From contig JBCCEA010000041.1 of NCBI GenBank assembly GCA_039030515.1, positions 1 through 32,177 on the forward strand: DNA of 32,177 nucleotides, given 5' to 3'. The stretch is from Myxococcota bacterium (GTDB taxonomy: Bacteria > Myxococcota_A > Polyangia > Polyangiales > Houyiibacteriaceae). Below the pieces are notes generated by a model, which was given only the letters and a program-made list of their open reading frames with translations, was not told where the DNA came from and ran no database searches. Below, piece after piece: positions 1 to 8,308 of this stretch; the first letter of the stretch is position 1; each line of letters opens with the position of its first letter. The position numbers were made by a program, and so were the translations under genes.

Positions 1-435
1 CCTGGTCAGGTTTGGAGTGGTTGCAGAGGGTCTGATGTAGGGTCGTCGGGTGGCATGTGCTCTTCGATGCTTGCGGTCCGAATGGCCCGGTCTGAGTTGT
101 CCCAATCGATCAAATAGATCCACCGACGTAGTTGGTACGAAAGACGGGTCGGTAGAAAGCACTCCTCAGCCGCTTTGATACCTTTTCAGTTGAGTTGTAT
201 TCCATCGACTAGGTTTCACTGGCCATGCACTCAAATTGATGGGCACACGTCTAGGGCAACCCGGGTATTTTACCGATACTTGCCCGCTAAATGCGTCTTT
301 AATTGCGCTGTTGCCTATGTAGGTTTGTTCATTACATCATAAATTCCCTAATTTTTTTCGTTACAATTCCAGCTCTTATGCAGATTCTTCTCCTTTCGCG
401 AGATCCACTCTCAAAGACGGACCATACTCCTTCAC

Positions 436-1926
436 GTGAGCGAAACTGAGTCAGAGAAATTGCACGGTTTGTCGGCATTGCTCCGGTCCGTAGTCAAAGT
501 TCAGGCCATTTCTGACGCTCCGGACTACGAGCAGCCCTGGCAAACCAGTGGTCCGAGCAGCAGTTTTGGTTCTGGTGCGATTGTAAAAACACTTCGAGGC
601 GCGAAGATCCTGACGAATGCACACTGTGTAGAAAATCACACGTTTGTTGAGGTGAAGCGACATGGTCAAGCAGCAAAGGTGATCGCAACGGTGGAGGCCG
701 TGGGACATGACTGCGACCTTGCTTTGCTAGACGTAGACCCGAGCTTCTATCGCGGTATCAAGCCGCTCGAAATCGGCCCCTTGCCCCACTTAGGCGATAA
801 GGTGCAAGTGTGTGGATTTCCGGTTGGCGGTGATCGCTTGTCGCTCACTCAAGGAATCGTCTCTCGAATCGACTTAACTCAATACGACCAGAGTCAACGT
901 AATCTACTCGCTATTCAAATAGACGCAGCGATCAACTCAGGCAATAGCGGTGGTCCAGTTCTCGATAACGGCAAACTCGTCGGCATTGCATTTCAGCTGC
1001 TCGATGGTGCCGATCGAGTCGGCCATATGATTGCACCCTCGGTAATCTCACACTTTTTACATGACGTAAATCAAGGGACCTACCGAGGGTTCCCTGGACT
1101 CGGTATCGAATGGCAAGCTCTAGAGTCCAAGGTACACAGGCAAGCCCTTGGGCTCCATTCACATCATAGCGGGATATTGGTCACCCGGGTGGGGTACGAA
1201 AGTTCCGCGTGGATGACGGTTCAGCCAGGAGACGTCCTTCTCGAGGTAGACAATACGCCCATCGGACCAGATGGTACGGTGCAGTTGCGGGAGGCGGAAC
1301 TCGTCGGCTTTGAACACGTGGTTTCGAGGAGACACGTTGGAGAAACGATCAGCCTTACCCTTTTTCGAGATGGAAGACAGCTCGACTGCCTCGTCGTCTT
1401 GCAGGAACCAAAGCCTTTGGTCGCAGAAGACCACTATGAGGTTGCGCCCTCTTACCTCTTGGTAGGGGGCCTGCTCATGGTACCGCTCACGCGAGACTAC
1501 TTGAAAACTTGGGGCGAACAATGGTGGCAAACCGCTCCAAAAGATCTCGTGTGTCTATACGAGCACGGAGTGGCAACCCCTGATCGCCAGGAAATCGTGG
1601 TGCTCCAAAAGGTTCTTGCAGACAGTCTGAATCAAGGATTCCATGAATTAGAAAGCGTTTGGATCGAACGCATTCAAGGGGTGTCCGTGCGTTCCCTGGC
1701 CCATGCGGCCTCTATTCTAGACGCGACCGATGAACCCTATTATCGCCTTGAGTCTGCAGATGGCCGACAAATCGTGCTCGATAGAAAAGAGTGCATTCGA
1801 CAAGAAGATGCCATTCTTAGCCGCTATGGAGTACCAGAGAATCGATCTCCCGATCTGATTCAAAGAAAATCCAAAAAAACCCCAACTGCTGAGTCTTGGC
1901 CATCGTCATTTGAGGGATTGAACTGA
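436..1926 (+). CDS. HtrA/DegP-family serine protease, Deg2/Deg9-like (trypsin domain + PDZ domains)
   Basis: Catalytic triad motifs LTNAHCV, GHDCDLALL and AAINSGNSGGP; PDZ-like VQPGDVLLEVD; second PDZ-like C-terminal domain; no N-terminal hydrophobic signal. Confidence 0.9.
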   Translation: MSETESEKLHGLSALLRSVVKVQAISDAPDYEQPWQTSGPSSSFGSGAIVKTLRGAKILTNAHCVENHTFVEVKRHGQAAKVIATVEAVGHDCDLALLDVDPSFYRGIKPLEIGPLPHLGDKVQVCGFPVGGDRLSLTQGIVSRIDLTQYDQSQRNLLAIQIDAAINSGNSGGPVLDNGKLVGIAFQLLDGADRVGHMIAPSVISHFLHDVNQGTYRGFPGLGIEWQALESKVHRQALGLHSHHSGILVTRVGYESSAWMTVQPGDVLLEVDNTPIGPDGTVQLREAELVGFEHVVSRRHVGETISLTLFRDGRQLDCLVVLQEPKPLVAEDHYEVAPSYLLVGGLLMVPLTRDYLKTWGEQWWQTAPKDLVCLYEHGVATPDRQEIVVLQKVLADSLNQGFHELESVWIERIQGVSVRSLAHAASILDATDEPYYRLESADGRQIVLDRKECIRQEDAILSRYGVPENRSPDLIQRKSKKTPTAESWPSSFEGLN

Positions 1927-2232
1927 ACGACGATATGTTGCAGTCCAGCATTATTGCTTAATTAGTGCAATATGATCGTCCTGGCATATCGACACTTTAG
2001 TCATAGAGCTGCTTAGGTATCAGGTATGCGCTCCCTTTGTGATCCGTGCTTCTACTCACAAGAACACCTGTGCATGTGGCGACGTATCCATTCATGATCG
2101 CGACACAGATGGACCTCTCTTGTAGCGAACATCGTCGTTTACGAAATCTGGGGGTACATTCCATTGACAAAAGCGTCGTTATGTGGACGCAGCGCAAGAG
2201 AACGCTAGACTGAAACGAGATCCCAAACGTGG

Positions 2233-2931
2233 GTGCGGGCTTCGGATGCGGAGGATGCGATGCTGGGGGATGCATTGAGATCACCGGAACATGCAGAAAG
2301 ATTGCCAGAAGACGCCTTGAGGCTGCCTGCGGGGGCGCTGGAGTTGCTCTGTTACCTCGGAGCTCCAGACTGGTTGCTGCATCATCATCGCGTGGCGGTG
2401 GCTGCGGCAATGCAGCTTGTTTCCGCGATCCGGCTGGAAACGGGCGCGCAATTCGACAGGCGACAGGTTCTCATGGGGGCTGCACTCCACGACTGCGGCA
2501 AAATCCTTCATCCCGAAGAACGGGGAAGTCTGGGCGAGGCGCACGAAGCAGCTGGCGAACAACTACTGCTTGCAAAGGGTATTCGCCCTGAAGTCGCTCG
2601 CTGCTGCCGAACCCATAGAGACTGGAGGAGCCGTGAGGCGAAACTTGAGGACTTACTGGTTGCACTGGCAGTGAGACTTCCGTGGGGGCCCCGGGAAGAG
2701 ACCCTAGAGCAAAGGATTATCGATGCTGTTGCGGCAAGAAGCCCTACGATGTCTGCCTGGGAAGTGTACGTACGCATCGCTCCGGTATTCGATTCTGCGG
2801 CCTCCTTAAGACCTGCGCGCCAGGCACCACACCGCTCTTCTCTGTCCCGGGCCGATGCAGTGGGACTCACGCCGAGTCGAGATCGAGGATGCACTGGTCG
2901 AATCTCTGAGCCTCCTCAGGCATCCCACTGA
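2233..2931 (+). CDS. HD domain-containing protein, possibly catalytically degenerate (start uncertain)
   Basis: HHHRV...ALHDCGKILHPEE...HE...H pattern typical of small HD phosphohydrolases; the final conserved Asp position reads LLVALAV. Confidence 0.7.
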   Translation: MRASDAEDAMLGDALRSPEHAERLPEDALRLPAGALELLCYLGAPDWLLHHHRVAVAAAMQLVSAIRLETGAQFDRRQVLMGAALHDCGKILHPEERGSLGEAHEAAGEQLLLAKGIRPEVARCCRTHRDWRSREAKLEDLLVALAVRLPWGPREETLEQRIIDAVAARSPTMSAWEVYVRIAPVFDSAASLRPARQAPHRSSLSRADAVGLTPSRDRGCTGRISEPPQASH

Positions 2932-2985
2932 AGCGACGTGAATCGCCGCTCAGAACTCAAGCCAGTCGCAAATCACGATGTCCAG

Positions 2986-3042
2986 GGCATATATCGCGGT
3001 CCTAGGCATGTATCGCGGTCGAAGGCATGTATCGCGGTATCC
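2986..3042. repeat. 3 x 19-nt tandem repeat upstream of metG
   Basis: ggcatatatcgcggtccta / ggcatgtatcgcggtcgaa / ggcatgtatcgcggtatcc starting at 2986, 3005 and 3024. Confidence 0.9.
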
Positions 3043-3164
3043 AGGCTCGCCGCCTCTACCTTTGTTGATTTGAAACCGAACGCATCGGTGGGGCTCGCCA
3101 ACCTCGCGGAGCTCTGATACGCCTGCTCCGACCCGATTCTGGGTGCCACTCAAGCGGAAATCGC

Positions 3165-5315
3165 ATGTCGTCGTCCGAGCCTTCACGAATTCTCGTCACC
3201 TCTGCGTTGCCTTACGCCAACGGTCCACTCCACATCGGCCACCTCGCCGGGGCCTATCTTCCTGCCGATATGTATTGCCGATTTCAGCGATTGATGGGCA
3301 GAGACGTCGTCTACATCTGCGGCTCAGATGAGCACGGCGTTCCCATCATGTTGCGGGCGCGGGCGGAGGGAAACACGCCTCAAGACATCGTGGATCGATA
3401 CCATGAACAGATTCACGATGCGTTCCGCGCCTTTCGGATGAGTTTCGACTTTTACGGACGCACCTCGAGCCCGATACATCGCGAAACCAGCCAAGAGTTC
3501 TTTCGGACGATGGCGAGCGACAGCGCGTTTGTACTTCGAAAGGACACGCAGCTTTTCGACCCCGAGGCGAAACTCTTCCTCGCAGACCGGTTTATACGGG
3601 GAACCTGCCCACATTGCGGTTACGTCGACGCCTATGGAGATCAGTGTGAGCAGTGTGGACGCTCCCTCACGCCGAAAGAGCTGCACAACCCTAGGAGCGC
3701 GATCACCGACAGCACCCCAGAACTGCGAGAGACGACCCATTGGTATTTGCCGCTCGATTCGGAACAGAAGTGGTTGGAAGGCTGGCTGGACGAGAAGTCC
3801 AATTGGAAAAGCAACGTGCTGGGTCAGGTGCGAAGCTGGCTAAACGATGGTTTGGCGGCGCGATCGATGACTCGGGATCAACCCTGGGGAGTGCCGGTTC
3901 CGGAGGACGTTGCCGAGCATGCTGGGGTTGATGCCGAGGGAAAGGTGCTCTACGTCTGGTTTGACGCGCCAATCGGCTATATTTCGGCAACTCGGCAGTG
4001 GGCGCAGGAATGCAAGGGCGCGCCGGATCTCTGGAAAACCTACTGGCAAAATGACGATACGAAGCTGGTGCACTTTATCGGCAAAGACAACATCGTATTT
4101 CACTGCATTATCTTCCCCGCCATGCTCCGCCGACACGGTGGCTACGTGCTCCCTTCCGATGTTCCGGCCAATGAGTTTCTCAATCTCAAAGGGCTTAAGT
4201 TTTCTACCAGTCGTGGGGTCGCGGTTTGGGCTCACGAATTTCTCGAGAACTATCCGGCAGACTACCTCAGGTACTCGATCGCTCGAACTCTGCCGGAGAC
4301 CAAGGACGCGGATTTTTCCTGGAGCGAGCTACAGTCTCACGTCAACAGCGAACTGGCAGATACGTTTGGGAACTTCGTCAATCGCACGCTGACCTTTGCT
4401 TTGAAGTATTTCGAGGGGGTCGTGCCGCCTCTATCCGAACCGAGCTCGCTCGATGAAGAGATGCTTCAGGCTTTAGCGGAGGCTCCGGCGAAGATCGCCA
4501 AGCTTTTTGAGGCCTATCGTTTCAGAGAGGCGACTACCGAAACGATGGCCTTGGCTCGACTCGGCAACAAATACTTTAGCGACAGCGAACCCTGGGCGAC
4601 TCGAACCTCAGACCGGCAACGCTGCAGCAATACGATTCATGTTTCACTGCAGCTCAGTGCCACCCTATCGATCCTCTTCGAACCCATTGTGCCAGACACC
4701 TGCGCCACGATTCGCCGCATGCTCCATTTAGAGGGCGTTCGGTCCAGTGCTCCGGAAGACAACGCACGACCGGGCGGCCATGAACAGTCCGAACCGGCAC
4801 ATGAGGCTGCCCTTGGCTGGCTGGATTCGGGACGACCACTGCTCGAGTCGGGCAGTGCGCTGGGGCAGGCCGAGATCCTCTTCCAAAAGATAGACGACGA
4901 GACGATCGCTGCCGAAATGGCGGAGCTCAAAAGCCGAGCTGAGGCGGCCACGGAGATCGGCCGAGAACCTGAGGCCCCCTACGCAGCGTTGAACCACGCG
5001 ATCGCATTCGAGGACTTTGCGAAACTCGACCTTCGGGTAGGCAAGGTGCTCGTTGCGGAGAAGGTAAAAAAGAGTCGGAAGCTACTCCGAACCGAGATCG
5101 ATTTCGGCTTCGAAAAGCGGCAAATCCTCGCGGGCGTCGCTGAACACTTTTCGGCCGAAGACTTGGTCGGTCGCTCGGTCGTAGCCATCGTGAATCTGCC
5201 TGTAAGAAAGATGGCAGGGCTTGAGAGCCAAGGCATGCTCCTGATGGCGGAAGACCGCGACGGCAAGCTCTCGCTCATAGAGTCTCTTGGAGAAGCGGGC
5301 GCCGCGGTCGGTTAG
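3165..5315 (+). CDS. metG: Methionine--tRNA ligase with C-terminal tRNA-binding domain
   Basis: SALPYANGPLHIGH (HIGH motif), GSDEHG, zinc knuckle CPHC/CEQC, LYVWFDAPIGY, KFSTS (KMSKS equivalent), C-terminal OB-fold FAKLDLRVG...ESQGMLL. Confidence 0.97.
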   Translation: MSSSEPSRILVTSALPYANGPLHIGHLAGAYLPADMYCRFQRLMGRDVVYICGSDEHGVPIMLRARAEGNTPQDIVDRYHEQIHDAFRAFRMSFDFYGRTSSPIHRETSQEFFRTMASDSAFVLRKDTQLFDPEAKLFLADRFIRGTCPHCGYVDAYGDQCEQCGRSLTPKELHNPRSAITDSTPELRETTHWYLPLDSEQKWLEGWLDEKSNWKSNVLGQVRSWLNDGLAARSMTRDQPWGVPVPEDVAEHAGVDAEGKVLYVWFDAPIGYISATRQWAQECKGAPDLWKTYWQNDDTKLVHFIGKDNIVFHCIIFPAMLRRHGGYVLPSDVPANEFLNLKGLKFSTSRGVAVWAHEFLENYPADYLRYSIARTLPETKDADFSWSELQSHVNSELADTFGNFVNRTLTFALKYFEGVVPPLSEPSSLDEEMLQALAEAPAKIAKLFEAYRFREATTETMALARLGNKYFSDSEPWATRTSDRQRCSNTIHVSLQLSATLSILFEPIVPDTCATIRRMLHLEGVRSSAPEDNARPGGHEQSEPAHEAALGWLDSGRPLLESGSALGQAEILFQKIDDETIAAEMAELKSRAEAATEIGREPEAPYAALNHAIAFEDFAKLDLRVGKVLVAEKVKKSRKLLRTEIDFGFEKRQILAGVAEHFSAEDLVGRSVVAIVNLPVRKMAGLESQGMLLMAEDRDGKLSLIESLGEAGAAVG

Positions 5316-5401
5316 TCTTCCTGGCATGCCGCGCGAGAGGTGGCCGAATCGCCGCGGCCGCAACCTTTTCCTGCACCCTGCGAATTGGCCGACCGTGATT
5401 C

Positions 5402-5410
5402 TGCTATCCT
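5402..5410 (+). promoter_or_regulatory. Putative extended -10 element for a leaderless add transcript
   Basis: TGc-TATCCT lies 6 nt before the GTG start at 5417; no Shine-Dalgarno present. Confidence 0.45.
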
Positions 5411-5416
5411 ACCCGG

Positions 5417-6547
5417 GTGACCCTTCCACTTTCCTTTTTTCAGCAGCTACCGAAAACCGATTTGCACGTCCATTTGGATGGATCTCTCAGACTTGCGACC
5501 ATTTTGGAGCTCGCCGAGCAAGACGGGATCGAGCTGCCGGCGACTACGCCAGATGAGCTGGCTCGGGCGATGAACTGTGGCCAGAACACCGGCTCCCTCG
5601 TCGAGTACCTCAAGGCCTTTGAAATCACCAATCGAGTGACTCAGACCGAAGAGAGCCTGTATCGCATCGCATACGAGTTGGCCGAAGATGCCGCCAAAGA
5701 GCACGTTCGCTACATGGAGGTTCGCTACGCCCCGATGCTTCACACGAACCGCGGCTTGAACACCACTGCGGTCGTTGAGGCGGTGCTTCAGGGGTTGATG
5801 GCTGCTCAGAAAGATCTGGGCATCCAGAGCAATGTGATCATTTGCGGGATTCGCAACATCTCGTCGGAATCCTCTCTGCAGATGGCTCGACTCGCTGTGG
5901 CCTACAAAAACCGCGGAGTGGTGGCCTACGATTTAGCGGGGGCGGAGTACGATCATCCCGCCAAGCACCACCTGGACGCTTTTCAGTTGGTTCGCGACAA
6001 CAACATCAACGTCACCATTCATGCGGGTGAAGCGTACGGTCCGGAGTCGATCCATCAGGCGCTTCACGTGTGTGGGGCGCATCGCATTGGACACGGCTGC
6101 CGGCTTTGGGAAGACGGTGATCTACTGCACTACGTCAACGATCACCGCATCGCACTGGAGTGCTGCCCTTCATCCAACGTTCAAACCGGAGCGGTGAAGG
6201 ACCTGGTGAGCCATCCGCTGCGGCTCTTTTTCGATCTCGGGCTTCGTTGCACGATCAACACCGACAATCGACTCGTCACCGACACCAGCGTTTCTCGGGA
6301 ACTATGGCTTTGCCATACCCAGCTTCGCTTCTCCTTAGACGGCATCAAGCGGCTTATTCTCAACGGGTTCAAGTCTGCCTTCCTCCCGTTCCATATGAAG
6401 CAAGCGATGTTGCGAGAGATCAATAAAGAGCTGGAGCGATTTCAGAGCGATGGAACGGTGACCCCGCTAGAGTCCGCTGCTGCGGGTCAAAGCATCGACG
6501 CCTCATACATCGCTGATTCCACCATCGGCTCCATCGAAGCAACCTGA
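5417..6547 (+). CDS. add: Adenosine deaminase
   Basis: PKTDLHVHLDGS, YMEVRYAP, DLAGAE, TIHAGE, RIGHG, ECCPSSN and NTDN motifs. Confidence 0.93.
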   Translation: MTLPLSFFQQLPKTDLHVHLDGSLRLATILELAEQDGIELPATTPDELARAMNCGQNTGSLVEYLKAFEITNRVTQTEESLYRIAYELAEDAAKEHVRYMEVRYAPMLHTNRGLNTTAVVEAVLQGLMAAQKDLGIQSNVIICGIRNISSESSLQMARLAVAYKNRGVVAYDLAGAEYDHPAKHHLDAFQLVRDNNINVTIHAGEAYGPESIHQALHVCGAHRIGHGCRLWEDGDLLHYVNDHRIALECCPSSNVQTGAVKDLVSHPLRLFFDLGLRCTINTDNRLVTDTSVSRELWLCHTQLRFSLDGIKRLILNGFKSAFLPFHMKQAMLREINKELERFQSDGTVTPLESAAAGQSIDASYIADSTIGSIEAT

Positions 6548-6586
6548 CTCGGTACTGAAACAACCTGACTCGGTACTGAAGCAACC
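6536..6586. repeat. ~2.4 x 21-nt tandem repeat spanning the add stop codon
   Basis: gaagcaacctgactcggtact / gaaacaacctgactcggtact / gaagcaacc. Confidence 0.9.
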
Positions 6587-6615
6587 GTACCTGGTGCGTC
6601 CTGACCGGGTACGGT
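6584..6615. terminator. Stem-loop between convergent add and trpS (possible bidirectional terminator or stabiliser)
   Basis: accgtacctggt-gcgtcctg-accgggtacggt: 12-bp stem with one U-G pair; no U-tract. Confidence 0.5.
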
Positions 6616-6623
6616 GCGCCTAG

Positions 6624-7589
6624 CTAACGCACACCAACGGCGCACCGCACTCGGCTCATCGTGGCCTCGGCAATGGTTCGCGCCCGCTCTGCGCCGTCCT
6701 GCAGCAGCTGATGCAGATGATTTCGGTCTGCTCGAAGCGCTTCAAAGGCCTTTCGCTTGGGTCCAAGCTCCGCCTCCAGAACCTCGAAGAGATCTTGCTT
6801 CGCATGGCCCCAGCCATACCCTCCGCGACGCAATTTGTCTGCGAGGACGGCCACGTCAGACTCAGAAGCCACCAGCCGAAACAACTGAACGATGCTCGAG
6901 CTCTCGGGATCCTTCGGTTCTTCCAGACCCTCACTGCCAGAGGCGATGCTCATGATGACCTTACGAAGCTGCTTGGGGTGCGCAAAAAGCGGGATCGTAT
7001 TGTTTCGGCTCTTGCTCATCTTTTCACCATCGGTGCCGGGCACGAGCGGTGCTTCGGAGATCAGCGGTTCCGGAACGACTACGGTGCCGGACCCGAACAC
7101 ATGGTTGACCCGAAGAGCCACGTCCCGCGCGAGTTCCAAATGCTGTTTTTGATCCTGCCCGACCGGGACCATATCGGCATCGTAGAGCACGATATCAGCG
7201 GCCATCAGCGCCGGATAGTTGAAGATGCCCGCGTTGACCTGGACGCCTTTGGCCAGTGCATCTTTGTAGGCGTGGCCGCGCTCGAGCTGACCGGTAGCGA
7301 GCAGACAGCAAAAAACCCAGCTTAGCTCGAACACCTCTGGAATATCGGACTGGCGATAGATCAGGGTTTCCTTGGGATCGAGCCCGCATGCGAGCCAGGT
7401 CGCGGTAACATCCAGCACGTGGCTCCGCATCGCTTCAGCGTCTCGAAGCGTGGTGAGCGCATGATAGTCCGCGATGAAGTACATCGTTCGGTACTGCTCA
7501 GCCAGTGCAAGGGCTGGTTGAATCGCCCCGAGGTAGTTGCCGAGATGGGGAATGCCACTCGGTTTGATGCCAGTGAGCGAGGTCTTCAC
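6624..7589 (-). CDS. trpS: Tryptophan--tRNA ligase
   Basis: [52 protein letters not shown]. Confidence 0.97.
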   Translation of the reverse strand: MKTSLTGIKPSGIPHLGNYLGAIQPALALAEQYRTMYFIADYHALTTLRDAEAMRSHVLDVTATWLACGLDPKETLIYRQSDIPEVFELSWVFCCLLATGQLERGHAYKDALAKGVQVNAGIFNYPALMAADIVLYDADMVPVGQDQKQHLELARDVALRVNHVFGSGTVVVPEPLISEAPLVPGTDGEKMSKSRNNTIPLFAHPKQLRKVIMSIASGSEGLEEPKDPESSSIVQLFRLVASESDVAVLADKLRRGGYGWGHAKQDLFEVLEAELGPKRKAFEALRADRNHLHQLLQDGAERARTIAEATMSRVRCAVGVR

Positions 7590-7592
7590 CTT

Positions 7593-7677
7593 GCAGCCCT
7601 AGCGCACGGGCAGCCCCAGCGCACGGGCAGCCCCAGCCCACGAGCAGCTCCAGCGCACGAGCAACCCTAGCGCGCAG
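7593..7677. repeat. 5 x 17-nt tandem repeat abutting the trpS start
   Basis: gcagccctagcgcacgg / gcagccccagcgcacgg / gcagccccagcccacga / gcagctccagcgcacga / gcaaccctagcgcgcag. Confidence 0.92.
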
Positions 7678-7774
7678 GCTTTGCGTGTACCACGTTCACT
7701 CGGTTTTGTGGCCTGCGTCGGGACAGCCTGGTTTTGGGCGGGTCGGCTGCACCGCGACTAAGGAGAACTGGACG

Positions 7775-8236
7775 ATGAACAAGCGACCTTTTCGGATTTT
7801 AGGGCTTCAGCAAATAGCTATCGGTGGACTGTCTAAAGACCCTTTACGTTCGCTGTGGGTCGATTTGCTGGGCGTGCCAGCGGTACATCACTTCAGGAGC
7901 GATGCCGAGAACGTGGATGAAGACATCTTACAGATCGGATCCGGCAACGCGGCGGTGGAGATCGATCTGATGCAGCCCATCGACCCGACAAAACGGCCTA
8001 AAGTACATGAGCCGGCGCTAAATCACATCGGGCTTTGGGTAGACGACCTGCATGCGGCGGTGGCTTGGTTGACCGAGCAAGGGGTTCGGTTTGCTCCGGG
8101 CGGAATCCGCAAGGGCGCGGCTGGGTATGACGTGTGTTTCATTCATCCAAAAGGCCATGACGCCGCACCGATCGGTGGCTGTGGCGTGCTCATCGAACTG
8201 GTGCAGGCACCCTCCGAGTTGTGCACCGATCCGTAA
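7775..8236 (+). CDS. VOC family protein, methylmalonyl-CoA epimerase-like
   Basis: [33 protein letters not shown] and [13 protein letters not shown] Shine-Dalgarno at 7761-7765 supports the ATG at 7775. Confidence 0.8.
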   Translation: MNKRPFRILGLQQIAIGGLSKDPLRSLWVDLLGVPAVHHFRSDAENVDEDILQIGSGNAAVEIDLMQPIDPTKRPKVHEPALNHIGLWVDDLHAAVAWLTEQGVRFAPGGIRKGAAGYDVCFIHPKGHDAAPIGGCGVLIELVQAPSELCTDP

Positions 8237-8308
8237 CTTCAGCTCCCAGTCGATCTCTGCTCAACTCTTGCAGCTTGGTTCGATGTTTGCTCGGATAGGC
8301 GCAAATCG

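Noticed and set aside
1..235. Possible gene end or small ORFs at the left edge
   Set aside because: Only short minus-strand frames were found (about 31 aa, and about 60 codons lacking a good start), with no recognisable similarity
1997..2410. 137-aa minus-strand ORF
   Set aside because: Overlaps the HD gene in antisense; Pro-rich with no motif
6711..7325. 204-aa plus-strand ORF
   Set aside because: Antisense to trpS
7593..7677. CRISPR array interpretation of this and the other short repeat arrays
   Set aside because: Units are directly adjacent with no unique spacers, are only 17-21 nt, and no cas genes are present
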